Notes: generated by a model not told the origin, from the sequence alone. 64,000 nucleotides of DNA from Caldicoprobacterales bacterium (GCA_050949255.1 JBMNFJ010000015.1:30646-94645); one strand, 5' to 3'. Counted from the first letter of the stretch, positions 28,760 through 38,333 are shown. Program-made: numbers and translations.

Positions 28760-29779
28760 TTAAAGCCACTTAACCAGCCAATCGTATGCCTTCCGCCCCG
28801 AAATCTCGTGATCCCCCTGGAAAAAATCAGAATCTATCCTGTCCTCTGCGTCAAGGAATCTATATATGGCCTTAATCTTTTCGTAGGCTTCCCTGGTCGC
28901 ATCTATGGGGAATATCGGATCATCTGATCCTGATTCCACAAGCAGAGGTCTGGGGGCTATAAGCCCGATAATATCCGGCATTTCAGCATGATTGACCACA
29001 CCCGGTATAAAGTTGTCCACACAATGGTAGATGGACATAACGCTGTCCTTAAAGGTGTTGGTATACCCGCTGATTACCGCTGCCTTAATCCTGGTATCCA
29101 GAGCTGTGGCAAAACTACATACAAGGCCTCCTCCCGATATGCCCATGGCGCCAATTCTATCGGTATCCACATCATTTCTGGTTTCCAGATAGTCAATGGA
29201 GCGCTTAACGTCATTTACCCTAAGCCCCGCCATGGTCTTACCCATCATCAACAGATATGTGGATATCATATAGCAGGAGCTCTCATTGGGCTCTTTGTTC
29301 AGGTCCTCCTTAAGCCGCCTGTCCCCAAAGCCTAAAAGTTCCGGTACGATTACTATGAATCCCCTCCTCATAAGCTCCAGGGCAAAGTTCTTCTGGTAGC
29401 TGGGTTCACCTATATTATCTGTCCCATCAGGATTCAATCCTACAATCTCCTTGCTCCCGTAGCCGTGCCCATGGCAGGCTACCACAGCAGGCAGCTTCCC
29501 GGATGCGTTCTTGGGCTTTAACAGGTATGCGGGTATGGGAAGATCCACATCCCCTGCATATACCACTCGCTGCATCAAGTAATCCGGGTATTCCCTCTCT
29601 TCAACAACGGTTGGACTAAGGTCAACCTCCGGTTTGGGAAATCCTCCCAAATCCCGGGCAAAAATCTCCCTCAGCCCATCCCTCCATCTTGTGTACTCAT
29701 CCATATGCCTTACGTCAAATTTAAACTTAGGCCGATTTTTTTCATATAAATTTTTTAAATATCTATCAGGATTCCACAT
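28760..29779 (-). CDS. Alpha/beta hydrolase (acetyl-esterase / dienelactone-hydrolase-like)
   Basis: GISGGG nucleophile elbow and HGHGY segment. ATG 29779 preceded by GGAAGGGGGGAG; the ORF is open to 29818. Confidence 0.75.
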   Translation of the reverse strand: MWNPDRYLKNLYEKNRPKFKFDVRHMDEYTRWRDGLREIFARDLGGFPKPEVDLSPTVVEEREYPDYLMQRVVYAGDVDLPIPAYLLKPKNASGKLPAVVACHGHGYGSKEIVGLNPDGTDNIGEPSYQKNFALELMRRGFIVIVPELLGFGDRRLKEDLNKEPNESSCYMISTYLLMMGKTMAGLRVNDVKRSIDYLETRNDVDTDRIGAMGISGGGLVCSFATALDTRIKAAVISGYTNTFKDSVMSIYHCVDNFIPGVVNHAEMPDIIGLIAPRPLLVESGSDDPIFPIDATREAYEKIKAIYRFLDAEDRIDSDFFQGDHEISGRKAYDWLVKWL

Positions 29780-29947
29780 GTAACTCCCCCCTTCCAAATA
29801 CCTTATTCTACGCTGCATTCAACAATTCCTGCCTAAGGGGAATTAATCATAACCTATTTGTAACAATACTTTTAAACTACCTATCCCATATCCGGTATGG
29901 GAGACAATGCCCATTCCTCGTCGGTCTTAATCTGCATAGCTTAAAGA

Positions 29948-30787
29948 CTATAAACTGGGGATCCCTTGTAATATATCCAGGAGTATCTCCTTTGCCTTGA
30001 GGATATCCTCCCTTTGCCGGGGACCGGATATCTCCCTTTCGATTATCAGGGCGCCCTTGTAGTTATGTTCCCTCAACTTCCTTATCAATACAGGGAAATC
30101 CACCATGCCTTCCCCTACAGGTGTCTCACTGCCCAACCGGTGTCCATCGGTGGGATAGAGCCCGTCCTTTACATGTACTCCTCTGATATAGTCTCCGTAC
30201 ATATCCACCGCATCCTGGGGGTTGCCCCTTCCGTACATCAAAAGGTTTGCAGGATCCAGATTTATACCCAGGTTGTCAAGCCCGATATCCTGAATGGTTC
30301 TAAGCAGGGTTATGGGAGTTTCCTGACCTGTCTCAAAGTTAAAGTACAGGCCCAGATCCTTGCAGTACCTGGCCACATCCCTTATTATCATCACTGTCTC
30401 CATGTACTCGGTGGTAGAAGGGTTTTCCGGAATAAAGCCCACATGGGTCGTAATATCGGTGACGCCCAGAAGTTTTGCGAAATCCGCACCCTTTTTAAGG
30501 GCCTTCATCCTCTCAAAGCGAAACTCCTTGGGTACCAGACCCAGGGTAGAGGGTCCGTCAATAAAATCCCAAATGGCCGGCCCGGGCCAACCTACCCACA
30601 GGCTGGAGATCTTAATATTATTGTCCTCCATCATCCCTTTGACCTCCCGGGCATTCTCTTCAGTGAAGTTTTCGCTTTGCCACCCGTTTAGCTGGCATAC
30701 ATTGAGGCTCAGATCCTTAATCTCCTGCACCCCATTCTCCAGTACCTTCTCCAGGGAAATTATAACTCCTATATCCAGCTTATACAT
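29948..30787 (-). CDS. Sugar phosphate isomerase/epimerase (xylose isomerase-like TIM barrel)
   Basis: 279 aa; FNFETGQE..GINLDPANL..HVKD pattern of AP_endonuc_2/XylA-like TIM barrels. Confidence 0.85.
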   Translation of the reverse strand: MYKLDIGVIISLEKVLENGVQEIKDLSLNVCQLNGWQSENFTEENAREVKGMMEDNNIKISSLWVGWPGPAIWDFIDGPSTLGLVPKEFRFERMKALKKGADFAKLLGVTDITTHVGFIPENPSTTEYMETVMIIRDVARYCKDLGLYFNFETGQETPITLLRTIQDIGLDNLGINLDPANLLMYGRGNPQDAVDMYGDYIRGVHVKDGLYPTDGHRLGSETPVGEGMVDFPVLIRKLREHNYKGALIIEREISGPRQREDILKAKEILLDILQGIPSL

Positions 30788-30844
30788 AAACCAACACTCC
30801 CTATGATTTAATAAGCATCTGAAACCATGGCTACGGCAATTTGC

Positions 30845-31867
30845 TTACAGCTCAACAAATTCACCCTGCCTGTCAGCGGATTCCGCCTCTGCATTAGCGA
30901 TTCTTATGGTCTCCATGGTGCTGTATGGGTCTGCCGTCTCTATAGGAGTATCGTTAAGAAGGGCATCTATAAAGTACCTGATCTCCCTATAGTATCCCGA
31001 TCCCTCTTCAAGTTCCGGTGTAAAGGATTCCTCTCCATGGGGGTAGACCGTCAATTTGCCCTTTTCGTATATGAGAGTAGCCTTTTCAAAGTTCACCCTA
31101 AAGGTCATCTCAAACCCAAAGTCAGTGCTGTTGATGGTCCAATCATCCTGGGCGTTTATAACCATGTTATCGTAGATATAGTTGGTGGAAACCGCATCAT
31201 AGCCGCTTTCGGGGAATACGTTTCTGGCCACCGTTGACACTTTCCTGGGTGTGCCGAAAAGCCAGTTGATGGTGTCTACATCGTGGACGTGCTGGTCCAG
31301 GAGTACCCCACCGCTCTTTTCCTTCTTAAGGAGCCAGTTGTTATAGGACCATTTGGGTGTAGTCCCTCCTCTGAAGAAATATCCACTGACTACCTTGCCG
31401 TATTCGCCGTTGTCCACACATTTTTTCAGGTACTCGTATTCCGGCCAGAACCTTAAGCATTGGGCAATCATCAGCTTCTTCCCATTGGCCTCTGCCGCAT
31501 CTATCATGGCCTGGCATTCATCGGGGTTAAGGGCCATTGGCTTTTCGCACAATACATGGATGCCCTTATTGAGGGCCTTTATGGTCGCTTCCGCATGAAG
31601 ATATGTAGGCAGGGCGATGTCAACATAGTCCAGCTCCTCCTTCTCCAGCATTTCGTCGATATCCGTATAGAGATTGTACTTGCTGAAGTCATATTTTTGG
31701 TTGCCTACATCTATATTCCCGGGCAGGAACTTGCCCTGGAACTTGTCTTCATCTATATCGCATATTGCCACCAGCTCTACGGGGTGCCCTTCCTCTGCCA
31801 ACTGCATGTAGATGTCAAGATGGCCCCTTCCCATGAAGCCTATGCCGATTAATCCTACTTTCAACAT
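30845..31867 (-). CDS. Gfo/Idh/MocA family oxidoreductase
   Basis: MLKVGLIGIGFMGRGH Rossmann N-terminus and VLCEKP motif. AAAGGAGG RBS. Confidence 0.9.
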   Translation of the reverse strand: MLKVGLIGIGFMGRGHLDIYMQLAEEGHPVELVAICDIDEDKFQGKFLPGNIDVGNQKYDFSKYNLYTDIDEMLEKEELDYVDIALPTYLHAEATIKALNKGIHVLCEKPMALNPDECQAMIDAAEANGKKLMIAQCLRFWPEYEYLKKCVDNGEYGKVVSGYFFRGGTTPKWSYNNWLLKKEKSGGVLLDQHVHDVDTINWLFGTPRKVSTVARNVFPESGYDAVSTNYIYDNMVINAQDDWTINSTDFGFEMTFRVNFEKATLIYEKGKLTVYPHGEESFTPELEEGSGYYREIRYFIDALLNDTPIETADPYSTMETIRIANAEAESADRQGEFVEL

Positions 31868-31901
31868 ATAATTGCCTCCTTTTTTTCTTTAAATTAACTC
31901 A

Positions 31902-32169
31902 TTGTGCTACTCAACCATATGGCGGTAATGGCTATTGACCGCTACCTAACATCGTAAGAGTAACTTTATCGTTGAAGTTTCAAAAAATTAATTATAGTTT
32001 TATGTAGCAAACGTTAATGGTAATGTATTTTTTGAAACTTCCCTCTTCCGACATTGATTTGGAGAAAACTAAGGCATTTCTGCATTCCATAAGCCAAGTT
32101 TTCTTGGCCAAATCAATGAAGTCATCCGCTTTTCAATAGCCAATTACCTAAGGTTGTGAATTAGCACAA
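31902..32169 (-). repeat. Second full-length copy of the modular intergenic element (inverted relative to 16415-16683)
   Basis: Its reverse complement aligns end to end with 16415-16683, with most positions identical. It lies between two co-directional genes, ending about 17 nt from the Gfo gene RBS. Confidence 0.9.
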
Positions 32170-32226
32170 GAGGTTTAATTTATCCCTATATTAAGTTAAA
32201 CTTAAAAAATTTCTGTTACTCATGAA

Positions 32227-33072
32227 TTATAGCCCCAGGATCCTGTCCATAGCTATGGAAGTGGTGTAGATGGTTTGGTCGGGATAGTTTTTATACACGC
32301 CCATTTCTGCTATCACATAATCGTCATAGCCCACCTTCCTGAACTGCTCCATAACCGCAGGATAGTTTACATCGCCGGACAAAAGGTCTACAAATCCGTT
32401 TATATTACCTACGCTGACTCTAAAATCCTTGAAGTGTACCTTTTTGATCCTCTTGCCCAGGATCTTGATCCAGTGTTCCGGATAGCCCGTGCTTACCACG
32501 TTACCCACGTCAAAATACACTCCAACGTAAGGGCTGTCTATCTTGTCTACAAAATCCCTCATCTCCAAGGGGGACAGGAGGAACTTGTTCCATACATTCT
32601 CCAACCCTATATTTACCTTTACCTCCTCGGCATACTCCTTTAATTCCATAAAGGCTTCCAGGGCCAAGTCGTAGGCAACATCGTATTCCGTTACCTCACC
32701 GTCCGGTATAAAGTCAGCCCCTACAAGGCCGGGCACTACCAAAATGGTGTCAGCACCCAAAAGGGCTGCCAGGTCCAGCTGCCTCCGGACTATGGATTTG
32801 GCCTTTTCCCTGGTATTCCTGTCGGAGCTGGTAAACGGATATCTCCAGTACAGGCCGGTGGCCAGGCTGGGGGTCTCTATCCCCTCCCCTTCGGCAATCC
32901 GCTTAAGTTCCCTGATATCCTCGTCACTACTGTCAAGCCCCACTATACCGGTTTCATCAAGCCCGAATTCTATGCCGTCATAACCTGCGTCCTTTGCCAT
33001 TTCGATATACTCCCTGGCAGTAAGTCCTCCCCTAAAGGACCAGATGTTTATCCCCTTCTTCACATATACCAC
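32227..33072 (-). CDS. Sugar phosphate isomerase/epimerase (xylose isomerase-like TIM barrel), second paralog
   Basis: 281 aa; GYDGIEF..GLENVWN..YFDVGN..HFKD pattern. Confidence 0.85.
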   Translation of the reverse strand: MVYVKKGINIWSFRGGLTAREYIEMAKDAGYDGIEFGLDETGIVGLDSSDEDIRELKRIAEGEGIETPSLATGLYWRYPFTSSDRNTREKAKSIVRRQLDLAALLGADTILVVPGLVGADFIPDGEVTEYDVAYDLALEAFMELKEYAEEVKVNIGLENVWNKFLLSPLEMRDFVDKIDSPYVGVYFDVGNVVSTGYPEHWIKILGKRIKKVHFKDFRVSVGNINGFVDLLSGDVNYPAVMEQFRKVGYDDYVIAEMGVYKNYPDQTIYTTSIAMDRILGL

Positions 33073-33101
33073 CTCTACCTTTCTTAAACTAACCTCTCTA
33101 C

Positions 33102-33638
33102 CTAGCTCTGCGGTACAGCCTCGTCTACTCTTTTAGTCTTCCTTTTACGCTTGTTGGCCAGATAAATTTTTTCCCTCTCCCTGAACAGGGCCTCTTCTTC
33201 AGGTGTTCTCAGTTCCAGTTCGGGAACCTTGGTGGGTCTGTTGTTGTCATCTAAAGCCACCATGGTGAAGTAAGCGGTGAGGGCCACCTTTGGGGGTTCG
33301 TCCACCTTCAGATCCTCCACCAAAACCCTGACTGCTATTTCCATGGAGCTCCTCCCTACAAAGACCAGCTGGGTTTTGCAGGTTACCAGCTGCCCCACCA
33401 GTATCGGGAGGTAAAATTCCAATTCGTCCACCCTGGCAGTGACAACGTTGGTGCGGCAATGCTTTACAGCGGTGACAAAGGCCGTGGTATCCATAAACTT
33501 CATTATCTCACCGCCATGGACATTGCCCGCGGGGTTGGCCTCGCTGGGTAACATGATCCTTGACATAACGGTACGGGATTCCGCCACGGTTTTAGATGTG
33601 CTTTTGGGTTCAACTCTTGTTCCATCTTTGGATGACAT
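33102..33638 (-). CDS. Acyl-CoA thioesterase (hotdog fold, YciA/BFIT-like)
   Basis: MLPSEANPAGNVHGGEIMKFMD..VTARVDELEF motif. GGAGG RBS. Confidence 0.8.
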   Translation of the reverse strand: MSSKDGTRVEPKSTSKTVAESRTVMSRIMLPSEANPAGNVHGGEIMKFMDTTAFVTAVKHCRTNVVTARVDELEFYLPILVGQLVTCKTQLVFVGRSSMEIAVRVLVEDLKVDEPPKVALTAYFTMVALDDNNRPTKVPELELRTPEEEALFREREKIYLANKRKRKTKRVDEAVPQS

Positions 33639-33814
33639 ATAATAACCTCCGCCTAAGCTATATTGTTGATATCGTTCTTAAAGCCTTTATAGAGCTTCAT
33701 ATGAATTATACCCCACATAATGGCAGTGAAAAACATTTGACGATTATTTTATGTAATAATTACTGTAAAGTCCGTGGATGCCCTGCTGGCTATGGGGTAT
33801 AACCATGATGAAAA

Positions 33815-34783
33815 CTAACCTATGCCCAACATCTGCCGGGCAAAATTATAGGCGTTTACAAAGCTTTTAGGGGAGGCGATGCCCTTGTAGGCGATGTCAA
33901 AGGCTGTCCCATGATCTACCGAAGTCCGGATCACCTTAAGGCCCAGGGTGACATTTACTCCGCCCTCAAAGTCCAAGAGCTTTATGGGAATGTGCCCCTG
34001 GTCATGATACATGCACACTACGGCATGGTATTCCTTGTTAACTGCCTTTAAGAATACCGTATCAGGAGATATCGGCCCGACTGCGTCTATCCCCAATTCC
34101 CGGGCAGAATGTACCGCCGGCAGTATCTCGTCTATCTCTTCCCTCCCAAAGGCGCCGCCCTCTCCGGCATGGGGATTCAGGCCGGCCACTGCGATTTTGG
34201 GGTTTTCGATAAAGGGGCTAAGAGCATTATGGGTTAACTCTATAACTCTTAAAATCCGCTCCCTTTTTACGGCGGCTATGGCTTCCTGCATCGAGACATG
34301 GGTACTTACATGGGTCACCACCAACCTGTCCGATGCCAACATCATGGTGTAGTTGTCCTGTTGGCAGACCTGTGCGATAAGTTCAGTGTGGCCTGTAAAA
34401 TCAGGAAAGCTTAAGCGGGTGGCCTCCTTGTTCATAGGCAGGGTGACAATGGCATGAATGATGCCATCAAGGGCCATCTCCGTTGCCCTTTCCACATATC
34501 TATAGGCCGCATAGCCGCTGGTCTTTGAGATTTGGCCTATCTCCAACATGGATTCGTCCATCAGCCCCATATCGTATATATTCAGCATACCTTTCCTGTA
34601 TTCTGAAACATCTTCTATTCTGTTAAAAGGTATTTCTATGTCCAGGAGCCTACCACAATAATCCAGGATCTTGTAATCCCCTATTACGATAAAGTCCCCT
34701 TCCAGGCTGTCCTCCCTAAAGGCCCTCAAGATAAGTTCAGGGCCGATACCGCTTGCATCTCCCATGGTTATGCCTATTAACAT
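33815..34783 (-). CDS. PdxA-family 4-hydroxythreonine-4-phosphate dehydrogenase-like enzyme (PdxA2-type)
   Basis: IGITMGDASGIGPE..HTEL..GLNPHAGEGG..MYHDQGHIP..SVDHGTAFDIA. ATG 34783 overlaps the kinase stop by 7 nt. Confidence 0.88.
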   Translation of the reverse strand: MLIGITMGDASGIGPELILRAFREDSLEGDFIVIGDYKILDYCGRLLDIEIPFNRIEDVSEYRKGMLNIYDMGLMDESMLEIGQISKTSGYAAYRYVERATEMALDGIIHAIVTLPMNKEATRLSFPDFTGHTELIAQVCQQDNYTMMLASDRLVVTHVSTHVSMQEAIAAVKRERILRVIELTHNALSPFIENPKIAVAGLNPHAGEGGAFGREEIDEILPAVHSARELGIDAVGPISPDTVFLKAVNKEYHAVVCMYHDQGHIPIKLLDFEGGVNVTLGLKVIRTSVDHGTAFDIAYKGIASPKSFVNAYNFARQMLGIG

Positions 34784-36069
34784 CCTCTTATCCCTTCTTT
34801 TCTGCAATTTATCCTCTGTCCGATTATGTCCATAAGGGTGCCCTCATCTCCAAAACCTCCAGCCTTGGTTATCAGAGTGCCCTTAAATAATTTGCTCTCC
34901 AGGGTAGACAGGGGAATCCCTGTCAGCAATTCGGTTTTGGGTATAATAGCGGTACAATGAAGTTTCTCCACTATTCCCAGGGCAGTATCCCCGCCAAAGA
35001 CTATCAAGGTTCCTATATTTATACACTTCATTACATCCCTGACAAGGGAACCAATAAATTCTGCTATCATCCTGTATGTACTTACTCCACCGGGTCCATC
35101 CCCATGGTCCCTTATGGGGATTATGTCCCCCTTTTCCGTAGCGGTCTTCAAAATAAAGCACCCATGGTCCATAAGAGCCTGTACTGTATTCTCTGTCATG
35201 GTTTCATAATCCGGCCTGTTTAAGCAGGCATCTTGAACCATCATATGTGGGCTTATGAGCTGACTCTTTATTCCCTGCTTTTCAGCATATGCTACCTGGG
35301 ACATGGACACCTGGTTGACACTGCCGCAGACTATTAGAATTGGTTTATGTAAACTATTCTCGATACCTGCCTCTCTACTCTCCGATTTAAGGTTGAATAG
35401 CCGGGGCAAATACGGGGCGAACCCTGCACAGCCGGCAACCCCCATAATGTCTTGTCTCCGGGTTAGCATATGAGATATCTGTACCAGGTCCTCTTCCGTC
35501 ATGGCATCGAAAACAAAGATGCCCTTCCCCTCATCCATGCTCAACCCACGGCTGATATGGGAGGTCTTTATAACGTGAATCTCCTTATCCGTCTGTTTAT
35601 TAATAATGCTTGGTATATGGGCTTCTTCTATGGGGTTTAAGGGGTCCCTTGCAAAAACTGTCCTATGAAGGGGTATGTCATCTACGTATTGATTCCCATC
35701 CTTCGTGGTCCTGCCGGCCTTGGGATAGGCGGGGATAAACGGCAATCTTTCCATCTTGCAGGCATCCATCAATGCGGCTATTTCAGAGCCTATGTTTCCC
35801 CTTAAGGTGGAATCTGTCTTCTTATAGAAGAACTTCACTCCCCTTCTCCCAGCCTCACGGCAGAGATGATACACCCTTTTATATGCCTCCTGAGGCTCTA
35901 TATGCCGGCTTTGGGTGTCCACCACCAGTACCTTAACCTGATCTTCTATATTATCCCAGTCCATATCCTCATGGAGAAAAACCTGGGTAGTTATCCCCAT
36001 ATGGGAAAACTGGACACCGGTGTCCAAGGCCCCGGTAAAATCATCAGCAATGATCAATAACCTATCCAT
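34777..36069 (-). CDS. Four-carbon acid sugar kinase family protein (DUF1537)
   Basis: LLIIADDFTGALDTGVQF N-terminus and C-terminal ITKAGGFG are typical of DUF1537 kinases. AGGAGG RBS. Confidence 0.85.
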   Translation of the reverse strand: MDRLLIIADDFTGALDTGVQFSHMGITTQVFLHEDMDWDNIEDQVKVLVVDTQSRHIEPQEAYKRVYHLCREAGRRGVKFFYKKTDSTLRGNIGSEIAALMDACKMERLPFIPAYPKAGRTTKDGNQYVDDIPLHRTVFARDPLNPIEEAHIPSIINKQTDKEIHVIKTSHISRGLSMDEGKGIFVFDAMTEEDLVQISHMLTRRQDIMGVAGCAGFAPYLPRLFNLKSESREAGIENSLHKPILIVCGSVNQVSMSQVAYAEKQGIKSQLISPHMMVQDACLNRPDYETMTENTVQALMDHGCFILKTATEKGDIIPIRDHGDGPGGVSTYRMIAEFIGSLVRDVMKCINIGTLIVFGGDTALGIVEKLHCTAIIPKTELLTGIPLSTLESKLFKGTLITKAGGFGDEGTLMDIIGQRINCRKEGIRGC

Positions 36070-36108
36070 ACAAGCCTCCTGAGAAGTTCCCAGCTATGAT
36101 GTGTTGAA

Positions 36109-37350
36109 TCAAAGGGTTTTTAAACGTCCATCTTTATTAAGGATTGGCTCCGCTTCACCCAAAATCCGGATTTCCCGCTCTTTATAGACGGGATCTTTCA
36201 TAATTCTCTCCAGGGCAGCCGGGGAAACCTGCAACTCCCCCAGTTCCAGGGTAGATGGTATCCTCATGGCAAGGATATCCTCGGGCTTTCTGGGGCCCAT
36301 TGCCCTTAAGGCCCATTCTATTGCCTGGGCATCATCCCTGGCCACCATTGGCATCCTGCCCCGCTTTATAAAGGAAGAAGTCATAACGTTTTCGTAGGTC
36401 ACGGCAAAATCGATATCATTGTAAAAGTCCTGGGTTATAAAGTCTGCCAGACCCATTCCCAGGGCATTTCCCCCTGAAGCCTTTGTCAGTGAACAGGCTA
36501 TAATGTAGGATATGTTGGGAACCTCCGGCTCCTCCTGACCCAGAATACCCATTCTGCCTATTATATTGGTATCAAGGCCTGTGCCGCTCTTGTCCTTGCC
36601 CAGCTGGTCCACGATGAGAAGGTCCAATCGGTCTATAGGGAGTGAAGGCATATTCTTACGGGCCAAATCCAATAATTCGGCATCCAGGGCTTCTATCCCC
36701 CGGGAGTCCGCCGCCTTTATCGCAAGGGTCTGATCCAGGGCATTCTCAACTATGCCAATACCCAGCAGGATTTTTCCTGTAGCCAGGATCTTCCTCGCGG
36801 CCTTCGGCACCAGCTCCCGCAATCCGTATACCCCCAGCCTATGCATCTCAAGAGCCTGGGCATGTTTTCCCAAACCTATAACGCACATCTTCATCAATCC
36901 CGATTCTACCGGACCATGAAAGTCCGTATGGGGCTTTACCCGGTTGATAACTATTACCCCGTCGGCCTCATAGGCATCCCTGGACATATACAGCTTAAAG
37001 TCGTTGTCCTCGTTTGGTATCGATACCACGTCCATGGTTGAGATGATGGGAGCCCCCATTGTCTCTTCCGTAATGCCGTAATGCTCCAGAACCTCCCTTT
37101 GCCCTTCTGCCGTTGCGCCACCATGGCTGCCCATGGCTGGGATAATAAAGGGTAGTGCGCCTTGGGATTTAACTTCATCAACAGCAGCCTTTGTAATAGC
37201 AGCTATATTTGCAATGCCGCGGCTCCCCGCCGTAATAGCAATGCGGCTGCCCTTCTTAAATTTGACTCCCGTATTTTGCATCTGCTTTCTTGTAGTCCCG
37301 CTGATATCGTCAACTTTCTCACTTGAAAAGCTTTGAGCGATAGGTATCAT
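36109..37350 (-). CDS. LarA N-terminal-domain-like (DUF2088-type) protein, function unknown
   Basis: RIAITAGSRGI..FIIPAMGSHGGAT..ADGVIVINRVKPHTDFHGPVESGLMKM parallels the LarA N-domain layout but without the LarA His residues. Start uncertain: ATG 37350 has an AGAGGA RBS; the ORF is open to GTG 37422. Confidence 0.55.
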   Translation of the reverse strand: MIPIAQSFSSEKVDDISGTTRKQMQNTGVKFKKGSRIAITAGSRGIANIAAITKAAVDEVKSQGALPFIIPAMGSHGGATAEGQREVLEHYGITEETMGAPIISTMDVVSIPNEDNDFKLYMSRDAYEADGVIVINRVKPHTDFHGPVESGLMKMCVIGLGKHAQALEMHRLGVYGLRELVPKAARKILATGKILLGIGIVENALDQTLAIKAADSRGIEALDAELLDLARKNMPSLPIDRLDLLIVDQLGKDKSGTGLDTNIIGRMGILGQEEPEVPNISYIIACSLTKASGGNALGMGLADFITQDFYNDIDFAVTYENVMTSSFIKRGRMPMVARDDAQAIEWALRAMGPRKPEDILAMRIPSTLELGELQVSPAALERIMKDPVYKEREIRILGEAEPILNKDGRLKTL

Positions 37351-37435
37351 CAATAGGTCCTCTGCATGCATAAGCCAGTTCATCTCCCATTTTTTATCGG
37401 TATTCTTATTGTATAATATCACAGTTTAATGTGGG

Positions 37436-37500
37436 GTAGCAATTAAATAAGGTGACACGGATATCGATGAAGTCATCCACTTATCAGTAGCAATTACTAT
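37436..37500 (-). repeat. Short degenerate fragment of the intergenic element (one end plus start of hairpin A)
   Basis: Reverse complement AGTAATTGCTACTGATAAGTGGATGACTTCATCGAT resembles GGTAATGGCTATTGATAAGCGGATGACTTCATTGAT. Confidence 0.5.
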
Positions 37501-37731
37501 TACACCAACTATCCTTTGGTGTCATAGTCAAGACAGCAATCCAGCTTATTGCTCCTTCATACATTCTATTCCCGTGCAAAATCCTAATCAACCGTAGGTT
37601 TCAAATAGAATAGGCTATATAATTTTTTGAAGAGTGTATCATAAAACAGTATACCATGGGGACATCTGAAAAATAAGTGAAGATATATTGATAAACATTT
37701 GGCTGATTATTTTTTGAAAGAAAAAATTTTG

Positions 37732-37759
37732 TTGGTAATTTCTCAGATAGGTGTATAAT
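37732..37759 (+). promoter_or_regulatory. Candidate sigma-A promoter
   Basis: TTGGTA, 16 nt spacer, TATAAT, about 85 nt upstream of ATG 37845. Confidence 0.4.
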
Positions 37760-37844
37760 AGACATTATTAATATCTCATTTTCTGGATATGGGGTACGCT
37801 AACATAAACAGCTAACCTTATCCATCTATAAAGGAGGCCCCAGC

Positions 37845-38333
37845 ATGAGGTTTATAGTGAGACAAAGGATATTCTCCTTTGGGGACAGTTTCACCATCAA
37901 GGATGAACTGGGAAATGACCATTTTGTAGTCAAGGGTAGAGTTTTTACCCTGGGGAACAAGCTTAGGATCTATGACATGGCCGGACAGGAATTGTACTAT
38001 ATAGAGCAGAAGATACTAAGATTTCTACCCGAATATAACATATATCAATACGGCCAGCCCATAGCAAAGGTTAAAAAGGAATTCACCTTCTTAAAGCCCC
38101 GATTCAACATTACCAGTACCCTCGGTAACTTTACCATTCATGGTAATTTCCTGGGTATGAACTTTTCCATTCTAAAAAATGGCCGTCACGTAGCCGAGGT
38201 ATCCAAACGCTGGTTCTCATTTTCCGACACCTATGGTGTAGATATTGCGGAAGGCGAGGATTATGGATTTCTGCTGGCCTTGGCCATAGTGATAGACCAG
38301 ACAATCCACGATAACAATCACAATAACAGTTAA
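37845..38333 (+). CDS. LURP-one-related (YxjI/DUF567, tubby-like fold) family protein
   Basis: RQRIFSFGDSFTIKDELGNDHFVVKGRVFTLGNKLRIYDMAGQELYYIEQK repeat pattern typical of this family. AAAGGAGG RBS. Confidence 0.8.
   Translation: MRFIVRQRIFSFGDSFTIKDELGNDHFVVKGRVFTLGNKLRIYDMAGQELYYIEQKILRFLPEYNIYQYGQPIAKVKKEFTFLKPRFNITSTLGNFTIHGNFLGMNFSILKNGRHVAEVSKRWFSFSDTYGVDIAEGEDYGFLLALAIVIDQTIHDNNHNNS

Noticed and set aside
30014-30806. 225-aa and 148-aa plus-strand ORFs
   Set aside because: They are antisense to the TIM-barrel isomerase gene and have no start context.
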